From Vitrella brassicaformis CCMP3155 (taxonomy: Eukaryota > Protista > Chromerida), in assembly GCA_001179505.1 (NCBI GenBank), contig CDMY01000595.1:1-45668 (forward strand): DNA of 45,668 nt, given 5' to 3'. The notes beneath the pieces are model-generated. The model was not told the origin of the DNA and searched no databases. It was given only the letters and a program-made list of their open reading frames with translations. The position numbers and the translations under genes were made by a program. Positions 31,249 through 43,549 of the stretch are shown here, piece by piece (positions within the stretch are counted from its first letter, which is position 1; the number at the start of each line of letters is the position of its first letter).

Positions 31249-33756
31249 GGGCAGGACGGGGCGCCAATGATGATCACCTCGCCCAAGCTCAGCTTCACCA
31301 CCGCAGGAGAAGAGAGAAAGGCACTCGTGCCATTGCCGGCGCTGTCAGCCGCTGCTGCTGCTGCTGTGGGTGTGGGGAGGGGCAAAAAGGGCGCCGGTGG
31401 TGGCAAGGTCGGTGTGGGCGGTGGTGCTGGTGCTGGTGTCGAGAGGGATAAGGCGCGGCCGCGGATTCAGCTGCTCAACGACACGGACGTGCCGACCTTC
31501 ATTAAGAGAAGGGTTTTGTCAGGCGCCAAGACGGAGCCTGACGCAGCACCACCCGAGGGCGCTGCTCCTGCTGCACCTGGTGCGGCTGATGGATACGAGC
31601 CACAGCCGAAAGCCAAGGCCAAGCCACGGGTAGGTGTGTGTGAACAGAACAAAGGGGGCAGAGAAGAGCAGACAGACACGGAGGGATCCATCCATCCATG
31701 TGTGCAGGTGGCAAGAGCCAAGGCCCCCCACCCACAGCCACACCCACAGCCACAGCCACAGCAGCCCCCCGCTTCCCGCGTCACCGTCAAGCAAGAGCAC
31801 CCCTCCCCCCCTCTGCCCCCCCTCCCTCCCCCGTCAGCAGCAGCAGCAGCACCACCGCCCCTGCCTCCCAGCAAGAAGCGCAAACACACCCCAGACCAAG
31901 ACAAGAAGCACAGGCGTCTGGTCAAGATCAAGCAGGAGCCGGTCGATGATGACCACCAGGTGGCACACATGACGACGACTGGCGGAGAGGGGGGGACGAG
32001 TGGTGGCAAGGTCAAGCAGGAAGGGGAAGGAGGAGACCAAGACAAGAATCAGCAGCAGCAGCAGCAGCAGACGAGTGGCGCTGGTGGCGGTGGCGGATGT
32101 CAGCCGCCGTCGAGCGGCCGGGCGCGCGATGACGAAGACCGAGGAGATGACGACTCAGGTGGGGTGGGTGCCCTTGGCATGGCACACCATGTCAGCTGCC
32201 TGTGTCCATGCATGTGTCTGTGTTTGTGCAGATGACGGCAGGCACCATCGCCTACGGGACGCCTCCCGCACCTGTGGCAATGGCGACCTCCCAGCAGCAG
32301 CAGCAGCAGCACCGCCACAATCACAACAGCAGCACGACTCCCCGCCCCCCAAGCAAGAAGCCGCCGCACAGCAACCCACCCACCACCAGCAGCGGCAGCA
32401 CCACCACCAGCAGCAGCAGCGGCAGCAGGAGCAGCAGGAGCAGCAACAAGACCCCCCTACCTCTCTGCCGTCCCATTCTCGCAAGCGCAAGCTCTCCGAC
32501 GACCCCCCAGACACACCACCACCCGACACAGACACCAGCCCTCCCGACGGCAAGGACGGCAAGAGAGAGACAGGTCGCGGCGGGCAGCGGAAGCTCACCA
32601 GCAGCAGCAAGGACCTCAAAGCGCAGATGCCGCAGCCGCAGCCACAGCCACAGGGGCCGGTGCGGGAGAGGAGCAGCGCTGAGGGCGACTCGGACCGGCC
32701 CATGCCGCCGGTCAGGAGACCGTTTCGGCCGCAGCTGGGGAGGATATCCGAGGAGGGCGATGATGCAGAAATGGTACAGGGAGAGGGAGAGGGAGAGGGG
32801 GATGAAGACGCCGGCGATGATGGGCTCGCAGGTACGTACCGCACGGACAGAGAGAGGGAGAAGAACCGCGCGATGCTCCCTCATGTGTGTGTGTGTGTGT
32901 GTGTTGATCAGAGGTGGGCCGGGTGCCTCTGGGTCGCGCCAACAGGCGCAAGATGTCCAGCGCTCAGGAGACCAACCCCAGCCCCAGCCCCTCTCCCTCT
33001 CCCTCCCCCTCCTCACCCCAGCGCGCCACTTCCCTCTCCATCAAGCAGCCGTCACGCGAGCCGCGGTATCGAGCTTTGGCGGGCGGGATGACGTCCTACC
33101 GTCATGCGGGAGCGACCATCCCTCTGGGCTCGACCGTGACCGTGCCGTCGTCTTACGCCCACCCCCTCGCCCACCCCCACGCACATGTGTTCCCCCCGTA
33201 CCATGAGCAGCCTGCTCCTGGTGGTGCGGGTGCTGCTGGTGGGTGGGTGTACTTTCCCCCCTCTCACGGTGGTCATCCTGGTGGCCCTGGTGCTCCTGGA
33301 GCTCACACCTATCACTCGGCTGCTGCTGCTGCTGCTGCCGCCGACTACTCGGCTGCTGCGGACTACGACCCACCAGCCCCGTGTGTGACCGTCCCGCACG
33401 CCCACAGCCTGCCCGCTCTGCCCGTCCAGCAGCAACATCACCATCACCAGCAGCACCAGCACCCAGCGCACCGATCGAACAGCCTGCCTCTGCTGCCCGG
33501 CCCTGGTGCTGGTGCGAGCAACCTGGTGACCTCATCGGTGGCCTCGTCAACCACTTTGCCCAAGATGCCGCTCTCCGCGCCGCTGCAGAGTCTTTTCCGG
33601 TCAATTGGGCAGCGGAGTGGTGGGAGTGAGGACAACACACAGGGGCAAGGGGGAGGGGGAGAGGGAGAGGGCGGTGGGGCGATGTCGATGCCGGTGAACT
33701 CTTCGTTGAAGGAGATATTGGAGAGCATTAGCAGGCAGGGCGACGGGAAGCGGTGA
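29890..33756 (+). CDS. NELFA: Negative elongation factor A (NELF-A)-like protein with long Q/P/A-rich disordered C-terminus
   Basis: Spliced segment LFLNNSLRHALSNQLDQIVKKAQENPIPWFECLTRLLVEYPKTGRLDV aligns without gaps to human NELF-A LHLPRRTVDEMKGALMEIIQLASLDSDPWVLMVADILKSFPDTGSLNL (recalled from memory, not searched). Also W....SLLS near the N-terminus, PFH motif, and RIQLLNDTDV resembling GVKLLDISEL. Stop TGA at 33754-33756. Confidence 0.75.
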
Positions 33757-34661
33757 GCGAACGATGCTGCCACCTACCCAGTTTCCTTCCGTGTGTCGTG
33801 TGGGTATGTGGAGTGAAAAGACAGACCACCAGAGAGAGTTTCTTCTTTTGCGGCCGGCTGGCGTGGTGCGCACATCGATGCATCATCGGATGGATGGACG
33901 TCTCTTTTTCAGATGATGGATGTCGTTCATGCCGGCCCTCCTCTGTGGCCGCTATGCTATGGATGTGTCGGCACCCATGGGCTCACACCACCCACAGCCA
34001 CAGCCTAGTTTGTTTATTTACTGTCTGTCGGTCGGGTCGGTCTGCCGGCCCGACAGACTAACGGAGACGAAAGAGTTTGTTCTGACTGACAGACCGACCG
34101 ACACATACAACGATACCCACACGCACACCCACACACACGTAAGACACACACACGAGGGAGGGAGGGAGGGAGGGAGGGAGGGCCAGCCACCTCTCCGCCC
34201 CTTCCCATCTCTCGGTGATGTGCTGTGTGCTGTGTGCTGTGCTGTGTCATGCCCAGCCGCACATGGAGTTTTTGACGGCGTGGCCAATGGGTCAATACTG
34301 GGGCAGGGGCGGGTCGTGACTCGTGTGAGTGTCTGGTGGCTGTCTATTTGTCCGAGAGCTGTGTGTTGGTGTGTTGGGTCGGACAGACTCACCCAGCTAG
34401 CTACTTAGTAGACTCGCTCAGCAAGTACCGCACTGAAGCACAGCACGTACCACGAGAAATGAAATGAATGTCAAAGTCTTCCCATGCCATGATTGAACCA
34501 ACCAAGAGCGACCAATTGGTCGAGCAGGCACCCACGCACACACGGACGAACATGTCTTCCCTCCCTCCGCCCAAACCGACAAAATGAACCCATCAGCCCA
34601 CGCCCACCCCAGAAAACGATCTGTCCATCTCCGTGTGTCTGTCTGTCTGTCTGTGGGTCAG

Positions 34662-35146
34662 TCAGTCCTGCGGTGCCGCAGCCGCCGCTGCTGCTGAGGA
34701 GGAGGGTCGCTCGTCGCCCTCATTGTGGTTGCCCCGCCCCTGCCCACCTGCACACACACATGGACGGATGGACGGATGGATGGATGGATTGGTGAAGGTG
34801 TGTGTGTACCGTTGTTCTGGTTGTCATTGTCATTGTCATCGTCATCCTCGAGGTCCATCCATATGGCGGACGGGGGCGGGCCGCCGGTCTCCTGCCGCTG
34901 CATCTCGCGAGCGATGGCTTCGTCCTGCTCCTGTAGGTAGTGTGGCACAGATCAGGTAAATAAGACACACACATGGCATGGGATGGGCCTCGGTGTGAGT
35001 GCGTGAAAGAGAGAGGTGCACAGCACAGACGCACCGCACCTGCTGCCGAATCCGCTGCAGTATGTCTGAAAGGGACATGTCCTCCCCTGCACACACACAC
35101 ACGTGGAGTGGACTATGAGACCATCTCTCCCTCTCTCTCTCCCTCC

Positions 35147-35177
<31 letters not shown>

Positions 35178-36310
35178 TGCGTCTCGACGATACCGTTGCG
35201 GTTGTCCGCCGCGGCTGATGCCGATGCCGATGCAGCAGCACCAGCAGCAGCAGCAGCGGATGGTTCTGCTCTTGCTGACGCAGCGAGAGCAGCAGCAAGA
35301 TCCATCTCCTCTTCCGACGCAGCGAGAGCAGCAAGATACATCTCCTCTTCTCCTGCCGCTGATGCTGCAGCCGCTGCCGCTGCTGCAGCTGCTCCATTCT
35401 CGCCCCTGCACACCACACACATCACGTGGGAGCGCACGTGTGTGTGTGAGCACCGTCACGCACGCGCACCTGGCTCGTTGTCGCGAGAGGTCCTCCATGA
35501 CGTTCTCGCCGGCGTCGCTCTCACCGCCTTGACCCAAGGACTGCATCTTGGCCTTGAGATGGTTGTCGTTGTCGTTGTCACTGGCAGCAGCTGCAGCGGC
35601 GGGGGCATCTGGGCGGTCGTCGTCATTGTCGTGGTCATCGTCGAGAAGGCGTCTACAGGCACACAGACAGACAGACAGAGGTGTTTGTGTCCACTCTCGC
35701 TCTCTCTCTCTCTGTGAGTGTGGGGGGGGGNNNNNNNNNNNNNNNNNNNNNNNNNNNNNNNNNNNNNNNNNNNNNNNNNNNNNNNNNNNNNNNNNNNNNN
35801 NNNNNNNNNNNNNNNNNNNNNNNNNNNNNNNNNNNNNNNNNNNNNNNNNNNNNNNNNNNNNNNNNNNNNNNNNNNNNNNNNNNNNNNNNNNNNNNNNNNN
35901 NNNNNNNNNNNNNNNNNNNNNNNNNNNNNNNNNNNNNNNNNNNNNNNNNNNNNNNNNNNNNNNNNNNNNNNNNNNNNNNNNNNNNNNNNNNNNNNNNNNN
36001 NNNNNNNNNNNNNNNNNNNNNNNNNNNNNNCGGGGGGGGGGGGGGGTACCTGAGCTCCAGCGGAGAGAGGCGTTTGCCTCTCTCTGCTGTCGGGGGCGAC
36101 TCTGTGTGTGGGCGCACACACAACACAGACAGACAGACACACACAGAGGTCACCTCTTAAGAGGTGTGTCATTTCTGTGGCTGTGTGTGTGTGTGCACCG
36201 TCAAAGAAGATGGGCACTTCGGGCAGCATGACCATGTCACGCCGGTCTCTGTCCATATCTCTGTTGCCGTCTCTGCCGCCGTCTCTCAGCTCCTGAACAG
36301 ACACACGCAC

Positions 36311-36364
<54 letters not shown>

Positions 36365-36808
36365 GAGTGGGTGTGTGTCTGTGTGTGCGGACCTTCTCTC
36401 GGAGCTCCTTCTCCAGGATCTCGCGCGCAGCCGCAGCACAGCTGGCCTGCACAGACAAACAGTGCGCTCTCTCTCTCTCTCTGTGTGTGTGTGTGTTTAC
36501 CACTCCTCCGTGTGTGTGCTGTGCTGCACCCTGTGAGCGCCCGAACAGCTGCACACAGACCCACACAGACACACAGACATACACACACACGAAGGCAAAT
36601 CCGCCACGCCAGCAGAGCGGTGCCTACGATGTCTAGCGGCGGCCGCGGCCGGGGGCTGTCCTCCGGTCGTCTGTGCGCCCAAGCCACACACACGTGCATT
36701 GGTTGGTTGCCTGGCCTGCACACAAAGGCGCCTGCTGGTACTTTGGTACCTGTCTCGCTGGCGCGTGTCTGAGTGCGGAGCCGCGAAGGGGTCGTCCACG
36801 CTACTCAA

Positions 36809-36841
<33 letters not shown>

Positions 36842-39800
36842 TGCGCACTGTTTGTCTGTGGGCAAAGGAGCTACCCATTGGCGAGCAGCGAGTCTATAGC
36901 AGGGCTAGCACGGACCTGCACACCCACACAGACAGACAGACACGCGTGTGTTTGTGCCCTCCATCCCCCAGCCCTCTATCTCTCTGTCTGTGGGGGGGGG
37001 GGGGGGGGGGGGGGGGNNNNNNNNNNNNNNNNNNNNNNNNNNNNNNNNNNNNNNNNNNNNNNNNNNNNNNNNNNNNNNNNNNNNNNNNNNNNNNNNNNNN
37101 NNNNNNNNNNNNNNNNNNNNNNNNNNNNNNNNNNNNNNNNNNNNNNNNNNNNNNNNNNNNNNNNNNNNNNNNNNNNNNNNNNNNNNNNNNNNNNNNNNNN
37201 NNNNNNNNNNNNNNNNNNNNNNNNNNNNNNNNNNNNNNNNNNNNNNNNNNNNNNNNNNNNNNNNNNNNNNNNNNNNNNNNNNNNNNNNNNNNNNNNNNNN
37301 NNNNNNNNNNNNNNNNGGGGGGGGGGGGGGGGGGGAGGGCGGGAACTGACCGGTCCTCTGTCGCTTTCCACGCGTCGAGCGTCGTTGAGCTCCCGTCGAG
37401 ACGCTACCTCCTCATCCAACAACATATGCCTGCTGCGTCGCACAACCACAACCACAACCACACAGCCACAACCACAAAGCCACACACACACATGTGGTGT
37501 GTTCTGTGTGTGTGCGCCCCCCCCCACCCCCTCATCCACCCACCTGTCGTCGCGCTCTCCATCAGCATCTCCAGCGCCACTGGCACTAGCGGCAGCGGCA
37601 GCGGCAGCAGCTGGTTGCGGCTCGTCGTTCTCATCATTCTTGTCCTCCTTCTCTCGCCCCCTCCACCAGGGCGGCGGCAGCTGCGGGCCATGCGGTGGTG
37701 CATCCTCTCTCCTGCACACCACACAGGTGCGCGTGTGTGTGTCTGAGTGGAGTGGGTTGGTGAGTGAGTGGAGTGCGTACGCCATCTCTCTCGCGGCGTT
37801 GATGTCGATATCTCCCCAGAGGCCTCCTCCACCACCGCCACCGCCCATGACGCGTCGCTGTCGTGCGGTGTCCTGGTCTCTCCGTCTGGCGAAGAAGCGC
37901 CGAAGACCCTCTGTACTCACACAACACACGCACACACACATTGGTGGGGTGGGGAGTGCGTGTGTGTGTGTGTGTGTGAGAGTGTAATTGTACCCTCTCT
38001 GCTGCGATCGTCTTGGTCCTGGTCTCCAGGAGCCTCCTTGGCAAAGGCATCCTCCATCTCTGTGTGAGAGATACGACACAACCATGTGCTCAGCCATGTG
38101 TGTGGTGTGTGGGTGGGTATGGGGGCGCCGCACTCACTCTCGTCTGTATCCGCCGCTGCTGCTGCTCGAGACGCCGGCGGTGAAGGGCCCCTGCACACAC
38201 ACACCTCCTCCACGACCTGCACACGCTGTCTGTCATGCGGACCTCCGTCTCATATGTTCAGGGAGGAGAAAGCCGTCGTCGCTCGGGAAGTCGCGGATGA
38301 AGCGCCTCTCGAGCGCCGGCGCTCTCTGGCGCGGCCGCAGCTCTCTCTCTGTGCCACACACACACACACAGAGAGAGAGAGAGACATGGGTGGTGTGTGT
38401 GTGTGTGTGTACCCTCTTTGCTATTGTCATTGCGGCCGTCATGGCCATTGTCATTCTCAAAGGGATCTTCCTCCATCACGATATCGTCGGCCGCGTCACC
38501 CCCACGACCCTCCCCGCCACCGCCAGCACCACCACCAGCCGAGGCAGCAGCTGCCGCCGCTGCCGCAGCTGAGCCAGCAGCCGCTGCGCCCGACTTGCTG
38601 TGCGGCGCCAGTGTACCGAACCCATCGCACTGCACACACACAGAGCAATGAAGCCGTCAAGACACGCACACACACATACACACACATGTCCCCACATCCA
38701 CATGCGCACCTCTGGCGTGTTTGCATCATCCAAGTCGTCGTCAAGCAGCATGTCGTCCGACCGCTCTCGCCCCCTCCAGCGCCCCATGCCGCCAGACCGA
38801 CCACCGCCACCACCACGACCACGACCACCGCCACCATTACGCATGGCCATCTTCATCTTCATCTCGGCCAACAGATCTGGCGCCACACACACGCAGCGCA
38901 GCAGGGAGGGAGGCAGGTCTGTCTGTCTGGGTGTCTGTATGGGTGTGTGGGCAGGTGTCGTGGGCGGTGGCGGACCTTCGGGCATCTGAGGCTTGCGCAT
39001 TCGGCTCATGTCGCCTGAGTGAGAACACACACACACGCACGCCCGTGTGCAGAGAGGGAGAGGGAGGAGGGAGGAGGGATGAGGGCCGTGGACGGGACGA
39101 GGGGCGGGGTGCGTACTGACCAGGTCTTCGGATGCGTTGCGGGGTGGGCGGCATGTCATGCCGCATCTCCTCCTCCCTCCGACCTATGTCAGCAGCGGCA
39201 GCAGCACCCTGCACCCACCACACACAACACACCACACACGGATGGCTGTGGATGGATGGATGGATGAACGGATGGATGGATGGACACCTGCATGGCACTT
39301 CTCGCCCATCGCGGCAGCATCGCAGCGCCGTTCTCTGCACACAACACATCAAACACAGCACAGTCGTACTCGCACTCTTTCTCTCTCTCTCCCTCTGTGT
39401 GTCTGTGTGTGTGTGTGTGTGTGTGGTTATGGGTACCATCACCATCACCACCACCACCGCGAGCAGCAGCACTAGAAGCAGCGGCAGCAGCGGCAGCGGC
39501 GCTCTCCCCTCTCTCCGGGCCGCCCATGCGATCACGGTCGCGATTGCGAATCGAGGGCCGCGGCGAATCATCTGCCATTCACCCACAAGTGACATTCACT
39601 TCTGACTGCACTCACAGACAAGACAGAGTCCCTCCCCTGCCCTATACCTAGTCTGTCTCTGTGTCGCGATCTCAGGACGGGGGAGTCGGTGATGTCGATA
39701 TGCAGCCCGTGCAGGTGGGGCGGCTGCAGTGCAGTCAGTGCAGTCACACCACACCCACACATACACACACACACACACACACATCCATCCATCCATGTGT

Positions 39801-41290
39801 GTGTGTGCAGTCCATCTCTCCCACTCACCACGTGCGCCGCGGCGTTGGTCTTGACATTGGCGCCCTTGTGGAAGATCTCCTGCAGCAGCGCCATCGACGG
39901 GTCTGCACACACACATATACACACACATGGATGGATGGATGGATGGATGGACGCAGGAACAAACATTTCACAAAGGTACCAATGGCAGCAGCAGCAGCAG
40001 CTGCAGCAGCGGCCGGTCCCTCTTGTGGGTCGTAATCGGCCTCTGCCATGCGTCTGTTCCTCTGCAGCCCCTCGTAAATGGAGTCCCTGCACACACAGAG
40101 AGAGAGAGAGGGAGGGAGGGAGAGAGGGAGGGCGGGAGGGGCCATGCCATGCACACCACGTAGCACTTAGCACATCCCGCTCGTCTCGTCCCGTCGCGCA
40201 CTTGTGTTTGTATTCCCTCCTGCCGTGGTGCATCTTCATCTCATAGGGACTGCAGTGCAATGAACATACGTCACACAGAGTCGCGTGTGGATGGCCGACC
40301 GGCTTGATGCTTTGCCCACCATCTCGGCCGCTCGTCTTTCTGCCCCTTCCTGGCCCGGGTCCTGCGTCTCTGATGAGCCCACACACAGACACACACACAC
40401 GCACACACACACACATAGAAATGCCCTGCCGTCAACACCACACCCACACGGATGGGCTCTGTGCTCTGTGTGTGCCCACAGACCAGACGTACGTCCGTGT
40501 TGTACTGCGTCGTGAGTGCCTCCAGGGTCATTGTGTGCGGCACACGGAACGACCTCGCGACCTGGCCGTTGCACTGCGGGCAGTGGCTCGACGCCTTGAG
40601 CCACTGCACAGCACACCACAGCCACAATGAACGACACACAGTGCAGTCAGCGCACACAGACGAGTAGAGAGAGAGAGAGAGAGAGAGGATCGCCTGGGCC
40701 TGACCGAATGGCCGACCTTCTGCGCGCATTCCCAGCAGTACAGTGCCTTGCAGTTACAGCCATCGAGAAGAGCCTGATGCCATGCCAGGCATAAACACAG
40801 ACAGAGAGACAGACAGAGAGAACAGACGAACCACATTTGCAACATGTGTGTGCCTGTGCCTGTCTCTGTGTGTGTGTGTTCAGACGCGACAGACCCTGTC
40901 GTGTCTGTCCTCCCAGCAGGTGAAGCACTCAAACACCGGCCACTCATCCACAGGCGGGATGCTCGCTGCACACCACACAACTGTCTGTCTGTCTGTCTGT
41001 CTGTGTGTCTGTGTGCGGTGTGGCCCACCCACCGTGCAATCCCACATGTCATGCGTACGTTCTGATGTGTGTCGTGTTCTCTTCGCCCCGCGCCCCGGTG
41101 GGCCCAGCGACAATGGCACATCGTCACTGTCACCCTGCCAGCCAACACAACACACAACACACCATGTCAGACAAGACAGAGGAGGAAGGCTCATCTCATC
41201 AAGTGTCTGTCAAGTGGAGTGGTGGATCACGACGCACGTGTACGCACCTCGTGCAGCCCCTGCTCCCTCTCCCTCGCGCGACGAAGCCGC

Positions 41291-41329
<39 letters not shown>

Positions 41330-41525
41330 AACACACACAAAACACAAACACACACACGCACACCAGTAAGACCGAGCGCCAATTTCCCCATTCTGCTATG
41401 TCCATCTGTGTGTGTGCTTGTGACCATCATGGTACCTACCGTGCCGCCCGCGCCGCCCTGGGGTCTGTGCTCTCTTCCTCCTCGTCAGGCTGGTCCATCC
41501 GCGGTTGGTCGTCCGGCGCACTCAT
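34662..41525 (-). CDS. RING-finger E3 ligase-like protein with UIM/MIU-like ubiquitin-binding motifs and long low-complexity regions; more than 25 exons
   Basis: ATG 41525 (MSAPDDQPRM). Spliced RING: CFTCWEDRHDRALLDGCNCKALYCWECAQKWLKASSHCPQC. UIM-like motifs EEEMYLAALAAS and EEEMDLAAALAASA (about 35255-35355). MIU-like EQDEAIAREMQRQE (about 34895-34935). Stop TGA at 34662-34664. Confidence 0.8.
35731..36030. other. Assembly gap (exactly 300 N) flanked by poly-G
   Basis: Run of N with G-runs on both sides; appears to be intronic. Confidence 0.99.
37017..37316. other. Assembly gap (exactly 300 N) flanked by poly-G
   Basis: Run of N with long G-runs on both sides; appears to be intronic. Confidence 0.99.
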
Positions 41526-42168
41526 GTCGTGTTGGTTGCCATTAGTTAGGAGTGGTGGTGGACCAGGTGGTCAGTGGTGGGCGACAGAGATGCTCATTGG
41601 CTATGTGGTCTCCCCACCACAGTCGGCTCCAACTAAACACTCCCTCTGAGAAACTTTTTTGATTCACGGGAACCTTGCCCTACATGCAGAGGAAAACCTC
41701 TGGGGCTGCAGATGGGGAAGCGACTTTATGCATGAGAGCTATGCATGACCCATCGAATTGTCTGTCTGTCTGTCTGTCTGGCTGTCTGTCTGTCTGTCTG
41801 GCTGTCTGTCTGGCTGTCTGTCTGGCTGGCTGGCTGTTTGGCTGCACACACACACACACGGACTGCAGCAGCACAATGCATTCATTTTTGCAATAAGATT
41901 CATCCATCCATCACTCATGGCCTAAAATCATCACACATACATCATAGGACGTCCGTCGAGTCGACTGACTGACTGACTGACTGACACGGTGATCGGCAGA
42001 CAGACAGACAGACAGTGGATCCATGGCATGCAAAAGTAAGCATGATGCTATTCATTCTCATGCAAGCGCGGCGCGGCCGATGGATGTGATGGATCGGCCG
42101 CTACTCTGCTCTGCTACCAACAGACAGACACACGGAGGGTATCTCTCCCTCTCCCTCTGTCTGTCTGT

Positions 42169-43518
42169 CTACAAGACTTGGAACAGCACTAGGGAGAGAG
42201 CCATGACGGCCATGCCCAGCAGACACGTGTTGGACGTCACACGGTCCTGCACACACACACACACACACACACACGGATGGATGGATGGATGGATGGATGG
42301 ATGTGTGTGTCGAGGGCCCCGCGGCTTACGTGTGGGTCGTATCTGAGCGAGGTGGGTATCAGCTTCTTGATGCAGATGTGGATCATGATACCGCCCACCA
42401 AACCTGAGCGAGCCAGGGAGGGACGGATGCCAGCCAGCCAACACACACAAAGGATGCGATGCGCGATGCGCTATGTGCAGCGATCGAGTGTGCCGACACA
42501 CAGCGTATGTATACCGACCGAAGAGGATGGCGAACGCCATGGACGACATGACGTTCATCAGGACCAAGTAACCTGTCGACACACACACACACACTCATCC
42601 ATCCATCCATCCATCCACACGGCTACTCTGCTCCCTGACTGACTGACCTAGCAAGGCCCCGATTGGCTCGGCAATGCCGCTGAGCAGGGACCACCCTGCG
42701 ATAAAGGACAAGGCACAAAATACTATGCAACACACATTCACGTGTGTGTGTGAGGGGAGGGGTGGGGGAGGGAGGGAGTTAGGGCGTACGCACCGAACGC
42801 TTGCCACTTGCTGCCCGTCGCGTAGAAGATCGGCACACTGATAGATGAGATCGACCGACCGATGAGACCATCCATTCATCCATCCATCCACCGCTATCTC
42901 TCCGTATCGTTTGGTGTACCTGACAGCGATTCCCTCCGGGATGTTGTGGATGGCGATTGCAACAGCGACCCCTGCACACACGCGCACACACACACATGGA
43001 CGGTGTGGTGGGTGCATCGGCACACGTGTGTGTGTGGTATGTGTGTGTGTTTGGTGAGTACTGTACCTAGTCCAAAGGTCGGGTCGGCAAGAGTCGCCGC
43101 GAAGGTGGCCAACCCTGCAGAGTAGACGAGACGTGGGCCCAGGGACACGGCACGAGCCACATGTTCTCTCTCTCTCTCTGTCTCTCTCTCTCTCTGTGTG
43201 TGTGTGGGGGGGGGGGGNNNNNNNNNNNNNNNNNNNNNNNNNNNNNNNNNNNNNNNNNNNNNNNNNNNNNNNNNNNNNNNNNNNNNNNNNNNNNNNNNNN
43301 NNNNNNNNNNNNNNNNNNNNNNNNNNNNNNNNNNNNNNNNNNNNNNNNNNNNNNNNNNNNNNNNNNNNNNNNNNNNNNNNNNNNNNNNNNNNNNNNNNNN
43401 NNNNNNNNNNNNNNNNNNNNNNNNNNNNNNNNNNNNNNNNNNNNNNNNNNNNNNNNNNNNNNNNNNNNNNNNNNNNNNNNNNNNNNNNNNNNNNNNNNNN
43501 NNNNNNNNNNNNNNNNNG

Positions 43519-43549
<31 letters not shown>

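Noticed and set aside
39560-39600. Apparent in-frame TGA (EVNVTCG*MADD) in the RING gene
   Set aside because: A downstream acceptor (tggcag|at) restores the frame and places the TGA in the intron.
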